Shown: piece by piece, positions 52,148-64,000 of the stretch
Position numbering within the stretch: the first letter of the stretch is position 1
Layout of the letters: the number at the start of each line of letters is the position of its first letter
Assembly: GCF_006345805.1 (NCBI RefSeq)
Contig: NC_043006.1
Location: 18,228,001-18,292,000 of the forward strand
From: Octopus sinensis
Lineage: Eukaryota
Length of the DNA: 64,000 nucleotides
Reading direction: 5' to 3'
Notes under the pieces: model-generated
The model's input: only the letters and a program-made list of their open reading frames with translations
The model's database searches: none
Told to the model about the DNA's origin: nothing
Translations under genes and position numbers: made by a program

Positions 52148-52560
52148 GGTGCAGGCATGGCTGTGTGGTAAGTAGCTTGTTTACCAACCACATGGTCTCT
52201 GGTTCAGTCCCACTGCATGACACCTTGGGCAAGTGTCTTGGGCCAACCAAAGCCTTGTGAGTGGATTTCGTAGACGGAAACTGAAAGAAGCCCCTCGTAT
52301 ATATGCATGTGTGTATGCTTGTGTGTGTTTGTGTGTGTGTGTATATGTGTGTTTGTGTGTCTGTTTGTCACCACCACCATCACTTGACAACCGATGTTGG
52401 TGTGTTTACATCCCTGCAAATAGCATTTCGGCAAAAGAGACCAATAGAATAAGTACCAAGCTTACAAAAAAATAAATCCTGGGGTCGATTTGTTTGACTA
52501 CAGGCAGCGCTCTAGCATGGCCACAGTCAAATGACAGAAACTGGTAAAAGAAAGAATAAA
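52148..52560 (+). mobile_element. SINE type A
   Basis: Family match. Confidence 0.8.
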
Positions 52561-52589
52561 ATAAAAAGCATAAGTTTGATACCTTCTCC

Positions 52590-52875
52590 ATTCAGGTGCT
52601 GGTGGCATGTGTAAAAAGATTTGAGCGAGGTCGTTGCTAGTACTGCCTGACTGGCCCCCATGCTGGTGGCATGTAAAAAGCACCCACTACACTCTCGGAG
52701 TGGTTGGCATTAGGAAGGGCATCCAGCTGTAGAAACTCTGCCAAATCAAGATTGGAGCCTGGTGCAGCCATCTGGTTCGCCAGCCCTCAGTCAAAATCAT
52801 CCAACCCATGCTAGCATGGAAAGTGGACGTTAAACGACGACGACGACAACGATGACGATGATGATGATGATGATG
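52590..52875 (+). mobile_element. 5'-truncated RTE 3'UTR copy
   Basis: Tail match with (GAC/GAT)n. Confidence 0.75.
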
Positions 52876-53525
52876 ATTCAAATCACATCTTACTTTTCCA
52901 TGTGTTTCATAGAACAAAGTGTTTGCATTAGATTTTATGCAAGATTCCCAATCATAACGGCATACTTCAATGTTGGCAAGATAGTTTGGTTGTAAAATTA
53001 TCTCTGATTTTAGAAAGAAGCTATAAAACTGGAAAACTGAATGCTTTTTCATCTTTCTGTTTTCGTTTTATTTCATAAATCAGAAGTTATATCTCTCAGG
53101 CCATAAGCTAACATTGTTAAAAGATATGCAAACAGACTCGCTTAACAATTCCTTGTAACGTTTCTTATAAATAAATTTTTATTACTCTCTTACTATTTTG
53201 CTTGTTTTGGTCACTGGGCAGTGGCCATGCTGAGGCACTGGCTTGAAGGTTTTTGTTGATCAAATTGACCGCAGTATTTATTTTTAGGCTGGTGTTCAAT
53301 CTGCTGGAGTTACAGGATGTAAATAAACCAACACTAGTTATCAGTCAATAAGGCTCAAACATAAACACAAAGATGTATACACACACACACACACTCACAC
53401 GAACATGTGTGTGTGTGTGTGTGCATGTGTTTGTGAGTGTGTATGTATGTGTGTGTGTGAGTGTATGTGTATGTATATATATGTGTGTGTATATATATAT
53501 ATATATGTGTGTGTGTGTATATATA

Positions 53526-53906
53526 CTAGCAGTATCGCCAGGTGTTGCTCAGGTTTGTTTTCTTTTCGACCCTTTAGAATTGGAATTTTCGAAAAGTAAA
53601 AATTTTGCATTATGTAGCTTGTTATTCTCTTTAAGTGAACATTTTTCTGGTTGAAATACACCGAAAAATGGTGATACAGCAGTCAAAAAATTGTAAAAAA
53701 TAGGGATTTTCATAGAAAAAAATCCCCTTTTGGTCTTAACATCGTCCGATTTGAATTTTTTCTTCTACGGACGGAAGAGCAAGCCTTCTTCTATCATACT
53801 CTCAATTTTGGTCAACTCGCACCGCAGGGTCTCGGAAGAGATAGTGTTAGTTGAAGGCTACCAAACCTGCCATACACAGACAACTTCAGCTTTATATATA
53901 CATAGT
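53526..53906 (-). mobile_element. Non-autonomous Helitron (related subfamily)
   Basis: 3' CCTGAGCAACACCTGGCGATACTGCTAG; 5' TATATATAAAGCTGAAGTTG similar to 5810. Confidence 0.7.
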
Positions 53907-53937
53907 TATATATATATACACACACACACACACATAC

Positions 53938-54270
53938 ATGCAGGAGTGGCTGTGTGGTAAGAAGCTTGCCGCCCAACTACATGGTTCTGGGTTCAGTTCC
54001 ACTGCATGACACCTTGGGCAAGTGTCTTCTGCTATAGCCTCAGGCTGACCAAAGCCTTGTGAGTGGATTTGGAAGATAGAAACTGAAAGAAGCCCATCAT
54101 GTGTATGTGTGTGTCTGTCTGTCTGTGTGTATTTGTGTATATGCATCAGTATCTGTGTTTGTTGCTCCCACCACCACCACTTGACAATTGGTGCTGGTAT
54201 GTTTACATTCCTGTAACTTAGCAGTTCAGCAAAAGAGACTTATAGAATAACTACCAAGCTTAGAAAAATA
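53938..54270 (+). mobile_element. SINE type A, tail truncated
   Basis: Family match. Confidence 0.75.
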
Positions 54271-54483
54271 AAAAGGAATTATATTAAGTTAAAGGTTTCC
54301 AAATTCATATGAGTATTAATCAATATCATTTTAGATTTTAGAATATTGTAAAATTTGAATAAAATTCTTCAAGATAGTGCCCCACCAAGGCTACAGTATA
54401 ATGACTAAAACAATCAAAGAATAAAAGAATATATATAGAGAGAGGGGGGGAGTAGAGAGATAAAAGAGAGAGACAGATAGATG

Positions 54484-54599
<116 letters not shown>

Positions 54600-54641
54600 T
54601 AGATAGATAGATAGATATACACATACACACATATATTTATA

Positions 54642-55310
54642 TCAGGTCATCCCATAAATAATTTTTGAAATATCATATATGTAATTTCTATCAAATTTTA
54701 CAGTATTCTAAAATCTAAAATGACATTGATTAATACTCATATTAATTTGGAAACCTTTAACTTAATATTATTTCTTTTTACAGAATAATCTGACTGAATT
54801 AATTATTAATATTGATTCCAAGTTTTGGCACCAGGCCAGCAATTTCTGAGGAGGGGATAAGTTGATTACATCCACCCCAGTGTTCAACTGGTACTTATTT
54901 TATTGACCCCCAAAAGGATGAAAAGCAAAATCAACCTCAGGTGGAATTTGAACTCAGAATGTACAGATGGACAAAATGCTGCAAAGTATTTTGCCAGGTG
55001 TGCAAACGATTCCCATTTCTTTATTGGCCACAAGGGGCAAAATGTAGAGGGGACAAACAATGACAGACAAAGGGATTAAGTCGATTACATCTACTCCAGT
55101 GCGAAAGGATGAAAGGCAAAGTTGACCTCGGCGGAATTTGAACTCAGAACGTAACGGCAGACGAAATACAGCTAAGCATTTCACCCAGCGTGCTAACGTT
55201 TCTGCCAGCTCGCCACTGGCAACGATTCTGCTGGCTTGCCACCTTAAAAGAATTACTAATATTAAACCCTCAAAGATGGACATATTGAAGGAGCATTTAA
55301 GGCACATAAT
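54642..55310 (+). mobile_element. Mariner 5' end interrupted by nested SINE B copies
   Basis: TIR TCAGGTCATCCCATAA at 54642, MDILKEHLRHII at 55275; outer SINE flanked by AATTAYTAATATT (54801/55251). Confidence 0.7.
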
Positions 55311-57804
55311 ACACACATACATACATACGTACATACATACATACATACATACATACATACATACATACATACATACATGCATGCTTACCTACATGCATGC
55401 ATGCATGCTTGCATACATACATACATGCATACATACATATATACATACATACATACATACTTACCTACATACATACATACATACATACATACAACATACA
55501 TACATACATACATACATACATATGAAGAATTCACTAAGTTTCCACCTACCAAATCCACTCACAGGGCATCGGCTGGTCCAGGGCTATAGCAGAAGACACT
55601 CGCCCAAGGTGCTGCACAGCAAGACTGAACCCAAGATCAAATGGTTGCTTTTCTTAACCACACAGTCATACTTTTACTTGTATGAGTTTTTCAACTCATA
55701 CAAGTAAAAGAATTTGGAATTTGGAGCACTCAAATGTTTTATTTGAAAAGTGAGTAGGCAACAAGTGACCAACTAGAAATAGCAGCCAAATCTGAATGGA
55801 TTTAAAGAATTGTTAAATCAAAAACGAAAATGTAAAATATGAACAGACATAATTCTTCCACTATTGAATACTTTTGAATGAAGATAATAATCTATTGAAT
55901 TCTTTGAATGAATATAATAATTCATTTTTATTAATATTTTTTTTGATGAAAAATATATAACTTTTAGTTATGCAGTTTAAAAGCATAACAAAGTTATGTG
56001 AAGGTGTTTGTTGTGGACAAAATCAAAGCAATACTTATGCAGACTTTCCTCAAAGTGGAACCACTTGAATCCGCCTTGGTTGCCAAGGATTCATATTAAT
56101 GGCTATTTTTTAATATTTTGCTAGTTTAAAAAAACTGATGAATGAAATGTAGCATGAATGCAAAGAGCAATTATTCATTTTCATTTCATCATCTTCTTAA
56201 AGGTTTGTATGGAATGTGACAGTTCCAAGAAAAGAAAACAACAAAGTAACAGCGGAAATTTCTATTCATAATAGAAGAATGTGTGTTAAAAGGAAAGTAA
56301 AAATATGCCTGTGAAAATGTTGACTGTGTTAGTGTTAGTGTAGATGGCTATTTTTGCAGCACAACATTCAAAGAGTTGCAGCTGTGATGACTTTGTCAAA
56401 GACAAGAACTTATTGGCTGTTATGATTCACTATTTACTAAGTTCCAAAGTTCCTAACATTAACCACTAAGGTTCCTAACATTCAAACTTTCTGTCCCTCA
56501 AGCTCCGTTTATACTCTTCAGATCTGGTCTCTTTTTATATACTACAGAATAAATCCGATTAGATGACATCACTAAGCAAAAATCCAGGACATGTTTATAC
56601 CTAATTTTATTGGCCATGTTTTTGCTGATGTCATTACTTAATCTGTCAAAACTCTGGTTGCTGTTTAAGAAGAATTTTCTGATTGAAAACCAGAAGGTCT
56701 GCTACTTGAATCAATGTGTTGACTTGCTACACTTGAATACCTCAACATACACTTGTAACATGTTCCAGAAAACCACAAGACTGATTAACCATAAGATGCT
56801 GATAATTAAGTGCAGCCAATCTGATCAGTTAACTTGAAATTATATTTGTTCAAAAGTATTCATTTAAAAAGCCATTGTATTATTTGGTTCATGGCATAGA
56901 TTCTTCATATCCACCCAGATCTTGCTCAAATTTACACCTCTTACTACAATAGACAGAAACATTGCTTCAGAAGGGGCAGATTTCATCTAGACATGTAACT
57001 GGCAAATACGCATCATTGACAAGGCCCAAGAAAGCGACAAATTTTCATCTTTCTCTGATATTGTGTTTTTAATACAATATCACAATATGTCTATTTTTCT
57101 CTTAGACAAAAATCCATAGCATCATGTCTTTAAACTATATATATATATATATATATAAACACACATTAAGCAGGATACATAGATGACTAGTTTAATTTAA
57201 TGTTGTTTCAGTTGCCCATACAGAGTTTTTATTCAACCCAGCAGCTATTTGCAATATCAGTGAATGCATTATTCAGTTTCTTATATATCAGATGAGACAG
57301 ATTTCATCTCAGCATGTGACAAGTAGGCAGATATCATTGACAAGGCCAAAGAAGGCCAAAATGCATCTGACATTCTAGTAAATCACTGCTGGGACTATTT
57401 TTCATCTTACTCTGATGTTTTAACGCAACACATAGCTAAGAAATTTTATCTCAGACAACAATACATAACATGACGCCAATCAATGGCATATCTACATTGA
57501 ATATGATTCATAAATAGCTTTGGAAATGTTATGACTTGTAGGCCAAAGCAAATTGATAAAGAATGAAATCTTGATCATACAAGACTTTAGAAATGGTTGT
57601 TTTTTTTTTTCTTTTCAGTATTTCATTTGCTTTTTTTTAATTAAATGTAGACATTTAATAACATAAAAATCAATTTGTTCAATATATGACGCAGCATGCA
57701 GTGAAGATTTAAAGCATTTTCAGTAAAACTGAAGGGTGGTGGATATTGTGGGTTAGGGGGAGCAAGTTGTTTTTCTTTAACTTTCTTGCTTTACTCCCGC
57801 ATTT

Positions 57805-57844
<40 letters not shown>

Positions 57845-57902
57845 ATATACATAAATGCATAACCATATATATATACATATGTATATGCATACAACTGCAT
57901 CA

Positions 57903-57951
<49 letters not shown>

Positions 57952-58094
57952 GGTGTTTTATATTATTCTTATTAGATAAAGTATAAACAGAGAAAAGAGA
58001 ATTATCAAAAAAGAAATAATAGTGGTATTTAAATAATCAATCTAGCTTAAGAGTATAGTAGTTTGGTAGGAATGAAAAGGTATATAAATGAGGA

Positions 58095-58138
<44 letters not shown>

Positions 58139-58149
58139 GCACACACAGA

Positions 58150-58460
58150 TACAAGCCAGTCACCAGATATGAACCCTATTGAACACCTCTGGGACATAAT
58201 GGACAGGACACTTCATAAAAAGTACAAGAAAGCATCTTCAAAGTCAGATCTTTTGAGATTACTGCATGAAACTTGGCAAGAAATTCTGCTAGAGAGTATT
58301 CGTCATCTAATCGATAACATGCTTAATAGGGTCCTTGCATTGATAAAAGCAAAGGGCATGTCTACTAAATATTAAATATTCACATTATAACAATTAATAA
58401 ATAATTTGAATGTATAATTTCAGATTTAAATTTTAATGATTATAAGGTTGTCTATTTACT
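58150..58460 (+). mobile_element. Tc1-family 3' end fragment
   Basis: SPDMNPIEHLWD..ALIKAKGMSTKY*; TIR remnant GTCTATTTACTTC like 21197-21774. Confidence 0.8.
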
Positions 58461-58464
58461 TCTG

Positions 58465-58498
<34 letters not shown>

Positions 58499-58533
58499 AT
58501 ATACATATTTATATATACATATACATTCATATA

Positions 58534-59012
58534 TCTCTTATTATAAAAGGCAGATTTTATCTGCCTCCCTTTGTATCTTATAGAAATCTACAATATAGGA
58601 TTTCTTCAATTACAATTTACCTAGCATTTTTAAGAGTAGAATGCATCGGGTCGTGCCAGGTCCAGTTTTTAAGATTTCAACCCCAATTAAGCAAAATTTA
58701 GAGAAAACTCACATTGTGGTGTATAAGTCAAATGCTTTTCTTAGTGTGGCCTACACCACACGCACATGCACACCCACAGTGTGCAACGAATAAAGTGAAA
58801 GTAATTCACTTTTTGTACTGAGTGACTCTTTCACTCTGCATTCCCACTTCCTCTTTACACACATAGACATGCAAATATATAAATAAAATTGTAAGCTAAC
58901 GTGTGTGTGTGCGTGTGTGTGAGTGTGTGTGTGTGTGCGTGTGTGTGTGTGTGTGTGTGAGTGAGAGGGTGCGTGTGTGTGTGTGTGTGCGTGTGCGTGA
59001 GTGTGTGACAGG
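58534..59012 (+). mobile_element. Helitron-like 5' segment
   Basis: A|TCTCTTATTATAAAAGG start resembling the other Helitron 5' ends; no 3' CTAG before the tandem array. Confidence 0.4.
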
Positions 59013-59690
59013 AAAGTTTTTTAGGACGAATATAAGACCTATATCCAAGTAGCAGAAAGATCGCCCAAAAGTGTATATAGATATTTAAATGTATTTATAT
59101 ATTCATCTATACACAGATGTATGTATAATGTGTGTGTATATATTTCCATAGAGGTAACCTTTCACTCCATACAAAGTTTTTTAGGACGAATATAAGATCT
59201 AAAGTATATACAAGTAGCAGAAAGATCGCCCAAAAGTGTATATAGATATTTAAATGTATTTATATATTCATCTATACACAGATGTATGTATAATGTGTGT
59301 GTATATATTTCCATAGACGTAACCATTCACTCCGCACAAAGTTTTTTAGGACGAAAATAAGATCTAAAGTTATCTCTAAGTAGCACAAAGATCGCCCAAA
59401 AGTGTATATAGATATATAAATGTATTTATATATTCATCTATGCTCACATGTATGTATAATGTGTGTGTATATATTTCCATAGAGGTAACCATTCACTCCA
59501 TACAAAGTTTTTTAGGACGAAAATAAGATCTAAAGTTATCTCTAAGAAACAGAAAGATCACCCAAAAGTGTATATAGATATTTAAATGTATTTATATATT
59601 CATCTATACACACATGTATGTATAATGTGCGTGTATATATTTCCATAGAGGTAACCATTCAATCCATACAAAGTTTTTTAGGACGAAAAT
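59013..59690. repeat. ~165-bp tandem repeat, 4 units plus partial
   Basis: AAAGTTTTTTAGGACGAA at 59013, 59173, 59338, 59504, 59670. Confidence 0.95.
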
Positions 59691-60534
59691 ATTTATATAT
59701 AAAAGAAAGGTTGTGTGTCTGTCTACTCCGATTTAGATTCCTAACTACTCCCACATTTTGCGATGCAGTTTAACCAAAACCGGGTATCTTATAGCTGTGA
59801 TTCATATCGAGCCCTTCTGGGTATTAGCGCACGTCTACGATGAGTCTATGATTTTACAAATAATTTACCATCATTTTTTCCATTTTAATGCATATTTTTT
59901 TTAATAAAGGGAAGTAACTCTCAAACTTCACACCAATATGCGTGCTCATATGCGACGTAATATCACATCAGCAGCATTTCCTCACACCCTCCTTGCACTT
60001 GGCGATGGCAAAATACCAGGGGATGAAAATGGTAATATTGCCATCGATTCCATTTGTACCATTGTTAAGACGCCTTCTGATCTCAGAGATGCAGTGTTCC
60101 CAGATCTACAAGCTAATTATCAGAATATGGATTGGATTGGCAAAAAGGCTATACTGGCCCCGAGGAATAAAACTGTTCACCATATTAATGATGAAATGCT
60201 AAAACTCATTCCTGGGGAAGTCTATGTATATCAGTCTATCGATACAACTCCTGACCCAGAGGACGTCATCAACTATCCAATAGAGGTACTCAATTCCTTT
60301 GAGCACCCCGGACTACCACCACACTTCTCAAACTTAAAGTTGGTGCCCCTATAATGCTCATCAGAAATTTGGTTCCACCAAAACAATGCAATGGCACACG
60401 TTTGATCGTTAAGTCCTTATCTCCCACCGTAAACTTATATCAATATTTGCCTGAATAATCATCATAATTCAGTGCAATCATTAACAGTACTTTCAAGCAA
60501 TTCAGCCCCGAGCAACGCCGGGCAATTCTGCTAG
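59690..60534 (+). mobile_element. Helitron deletion derivative carrying a helicase fragment
   Basis: 5' ~240 bp match to 5810-6050; 3' CCCGAGCAACGCCGGG..CTAG|T. Confidence 0.85.
59938..60425 (+). pseudogene. Pif1-family (RepHel) helicase fragment
   Basis: AILAPRNKTV..YPIEVLNSFEHPGLPPH, frameshift, then KVGAPIMLIRNL..CNGTRLIV. Confidence 0.88.
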
Positions 60535-60550
60535 TGTATATATATATATA

Positions 60551-60683
60551 ACGGGAAGCTTTATGAAAATAGACAAAAGACGAAGGTAGGTTTACGGAAA
60601 TAAACAAAAGACGAAGGCAGGTGGAATACAAACAAACAATTGTATTAGTATGGCGCTCAGGAAATATAAATAAACCAAGTCTT
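60551..60683 (-). repeat. Terminal repeat fragment (Penelope-like) abutting (TA)n
   Basis: Longer inverted copy of 20356-20411. Confidence 0.5.
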
Positions 60684-61260
60684 ATATTTGTATATGGTGG
60701 GCGTCTTTCAGCAACTGTCAACCAAATCCGCTTGCAGGGTTATAGCAGAAGACTCTTGCCCAAGGTGCCATGCAGTGGGACTGAACACAAGACCAGATGA
60801 TTGGGAAGCAAACTTCTTAACAACACACCCACTAATCCACTCTGTGTGTGTGTGTATGCATGCATATGTGTGTGTGTGTGTGTAATATTTATTGGTTACT
60901 AGGAAATTATAAAATATAGCATGTTCTCCTTTTGATAGTGAATTTTATTATATTGGTTTCTAATCTTAAAAACTAATCAGAAAAATAAATTATTTTGTAT
61001 TCAGCATCACATATTCAATAAATCGTCATAAGGTGGATGAAACAGGCTGAAGACTGTATTTGGCCCGCAGGCCATAGTTTGTTGACTTCAGGAGTAAATA
61101 AGAGAATAAATATATTTTACTTGCTTTACGAATCAATTCAATAGCATTAACATATTCTAGCTGACTCCGGGTATATTCCACAGTTTAATTAGAAATGAAC
61201 TTCAAGTATAAATGATCAATATGGTGTTTTAAATGTTCTATTTAAAAGTTCATAGCTATT

Positions 61261-61612
61261 AGGTGCTGGCATGGCTGTGTGGTAAGAAGCTTGCTTCCCA
61301 CCCACATGGTTCTGGGTTCAGTCCCACTGTGTGGCACCTTAGACAAGTGCATTCTATTACAGCCTTGGTTTGACCAAAGCCTTGTGAGTGGATTTGGTAG
61401 ATGGAAATTGAAAGAAGTCTGTCATATTGCGATTTTTTTTTTTTTCCTCTGTCTTCCCTTCTTTGGATCTTTCCTTCTCCTATGTTTCCGACGAAGATCT
61501 CCACTCGTAACGTTAATCCCTCCTTCTTTCCTTCTTTCCTGAGCGTCCAATAATACTTTATTTGTTCCACGTCCTCGCGTTGTTGTGTTTTTTTGTGCTT
61601 TCATGTTTGGAT

Positions 61613-61683
<71 letters not shown>

Positions 61684-61915
61684 TGTGTGTATTTATGTGT
61701 GTGTGTTTGTTTTTGTGTTTGTGTTTATTCCATCACCATAGCTTCACAACTGATATTGGTGTGTTTACGTGCCTGTAACCTAGCAGTTCAGCAAAAGAGA
61801 CCAATAAAATAAGTACTAAGCTTACAAAGTATAAGTCCTGGAGTCAATTTCTTCAAGGCATTGCTCCAGCATAGCCACAGTCAAATGACTAAAACAAACA
61901 AAAGAATAAAAAGAA
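61261..61915 (+). mobile_element. SINE type A with a Penelope-like fragment (61432-61617) in its internal microsatellite
   Basis: 5' half 61261-61430, 3' half 61630-61915; insert matches 922-1085. Confidence 0.75.
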
Positions 61916-61919
61916 TATA

Positions 61920-62400
61920 TCTATTATATAAAATCCCTTCTGTCTGCGTGTGTGTGTGTCTTCTAGGATCTCGGGCATCCTCCATCTGATTGCACTCAAA
62001 TTTGATATGTAGATATCAAATTTGATATCTACATATCAATCTACAATCATCTGGTATTGTGTTTGGTGTCAGGGCATGTATAAGTCTTGAAAAAATTACA
62101 AAAATCGATTCCAGGTGAGAATGCTATCGATAAAGCCGTTTTTGTCCTGCTTTTCTTCCGTCAACCTGTACGTAACTGCACCTTCCATTTTTTGTTGTTT
62201 TTGTACTGCTTAAAGACATGTTTCTTTCCTGCCAAGCTTACTATTTAAACCATGTTTGTGTTCTCCCACTCAACAGCCTTGTAATTACTGGTACTTTAAA
62301 CTCTTCGGTTGTGCATTTGTGTGAATAAAATCGTTTTTCTTTGGAATAGAAAAAAAGTCTATCTTTATTTCTTCTTTTGCTGGTGTCTCAAATTTAGGTT
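61920..62400 (+). mobile_element. Helitron/DINE-like 5' segment, 3' limit uncertain
   Basis: A|TCTATTATATAAAA followed by (CTGT/GTGT)n. Confidence 0.4.
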
Positions 62401-62741
62401 AGATTAGTGTTTCTCAAAGGGGAGGCCTATGGGACAGTCGGACAAGTTGTTTTGAGAAAATTTGGTTTGAATGTTTGACAACTCAGCACCGTCCATTGGA
62501 CGGGGGTGGGGCGTTTTGCTCATGTATATATATATATATATAAAGGGGTATCTAAAAGAAACCAGAATTTTGCAATATTATTTTATTCACTTAGTTTTAC
62601 ATGTTTACACTTTTATCATCTTCAAAGTATTCTCCATTTGAAGCAATGAATCAATCCAGGTTCATTTCCCACAGTTTGAAGCAGTGCTTGAACTCTTGCA
62701 AAGTAATGCCTTTTAATGCCTCCATCATTTTTTCTTTACCT

Positions 62742-63085
62742 CTTATCACCTTGATCACCTTAACTGACCAGTCCGTCGGGCGTCCATTTGACACCGCTGG
62801 TCACAGCACGCTCTCCACTCCTCTCTGGATCATGCCTTTCTCATCCATGTGATCCCAATCGCCCTCCTAAAATCATAACTCCACCATCGTGGAGGCCTTC
62901 CGAGTGGTCGTTTCCACTCGCGCAGGTACCACTCGACAACTGCGTGGGTCCACCGATTATCGGTGAGCCAAGCAATGTATCCAGCCCATCTAAACTTGCT
63001 GCGTGTATATTCCACGATGACATCCCTCACGCCAAACTTCTCTCTGATGACCTCGCTACTGATGTGCTCTCTCACATCTGCAAAT
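62742..63085 (-). mobile_element. RTE (second family) 3' end
   Basis: SKFRWAGYIAWLTDNRWT..KRPLGRPPRWW; (CAAGGTGAT)-like tail. Confidence 0.8.
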
Positions 63086-63305
63086 TCTACAGAACCAACT
63101 TTTATCACCAGTGATGACCTTAAAAAAAAAAAGGTCCAGATCAACTTCCAAAAGTTCTATCAATTTACGAAATGCATTCAGTCGTGACTGCTTTTGATCC
63201 TCTGCAAGGCACAAATTTTTGCTGCAACTCTTTCCATTCACAATTCTCCACTTAAAATTCATTGTCAGGAGCCCCAGGACTCACCAGTTATATCAACAAG
63301 CTCAA

Positions 63306-63533
63306 GGTGGCGAGCTGGCAGAAACGTTAGCACGCCGGGCAAAATGCGTGGCCGTATTTCGTCAGCCGTTACGTTCTGAGTTCAAATTCCGCCGAGGTCG
63401 ACTTTGCCTTTCATCCTTTCGGGGTCGATAAATTAAGTAGCAGTTACGTGCTGGGGTTGATATAATCGACTTAATCCGTTAGTCTGTCCTTGTTTGTCCC
63501 TTCTGTGTTTAGCCCCTTGTGGGTAGTAAAGAA
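63306..63533 (+). mobile_element. SINE type B
   Basis: Family match. Confidence 0.85.
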
Positions 63534-64000
63534 CTATATATCAAGCTCAGCAATTGTTCAGTGGTGGTCCTCCAAGATCAGTTCATGAATTTTCATGATG
63601 TTTTCCTTCGTTTGGGAGGTCAACGGTCATCCTGAATGAGGTCGGTCTTCAACAACACGTGGTTATTCCTAAAGCATAAAAACCACCCGTACACTTGTGT
63701 TTTGCTCATGGCAGCATCCTTGTAAGCCGTTCGAAGCATGACAACTGTTTCGGCCACCGTTTTTCCAAGTAGGAAACAGAATTTCACAGAAGCATGCTGT
63801 TCCTTCGATTCAGCCATCACAAAAATCGACGAACAGGAGAGAAGTACTGCAAAAACCAAAGACGCGTCACGTAGCAGTACGACTATAACCAACGCCACCG
63901 GTCGGCAGACTGATTCCTATGGGTCATATCAAGTGGCTTCCAGTGGCAGAAACCTCAACTTCAATGGGTTTGTCCCACAGAGAACGTTTCCGGTTACTTT

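Larger units (their letters stand above)
62543..64000 (-). mobile_element. Mariner remnant with RTE and SINE insertions; window ends in probable TIR
   Basis: EQHASVKFCFLLGKT..(63620-63820), VITGDKSW, C-terminal ASNGEYFED; TA|AAGGGGTATCTAAAAGAAACC. Confidence 0.8.

Noticed and set aside
56610-56837. 75-aa hydrophobic ORF
   Set aside because: Starts at TTG, no homology recognised, no supporting splice structure.
61481-61515. Functional hammerhead in the 922/61432 family
   Set aside because: Core is altered in both copies (CCGACAA in one, GTAA instead of GAAA in the other); kept only as family evidence.

Overview
AT-rich, repeat-dominated eukaryotic DNA. The tRNA-derived SINE families and very heavy (TA)/(CA)/(TACA) microsatellite load suggest an Octopus genome (inference). 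There is a 100-N scaffold gap at 16070-16169. No intact host protein-coding gene, tRNA, rRNA or CRISPR array could be supported, and almost all listed ORFs are microsatellite or repeat artefacts. Recognisable content: four SINE types, RTE and CR1-type LINE fragments, Penelope-like (PLE) terminal fragments, several Tc1/mariner and one Tigger/pogo remnant, piggyBac-like MITEs, Helitrons (one carrying a Pif1 helicase fragment) and a CpG-rich promoter-like island near 48.4-48.8 kb. The main observations are (1) small fold-back elements made of a unit plus an inverted copy of part of it, two of which contain minimal type I hammerhead ribozyme motifs (6231-6526 and 1188-1520); (2) an RTE reverse transcriptase with a PHD finger right after the YADD region and another RTE with three C-terminal C2H2 fingers; (3) a palindromic mariner MITE built from two 3' ends; (4) a composite Helitron with a ~165-bp tandem array; and (5) a diverged but length-conserved 22-bp array. 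All alignments and translations were done by eye and coordinates of degraded repeat ends are approximate.
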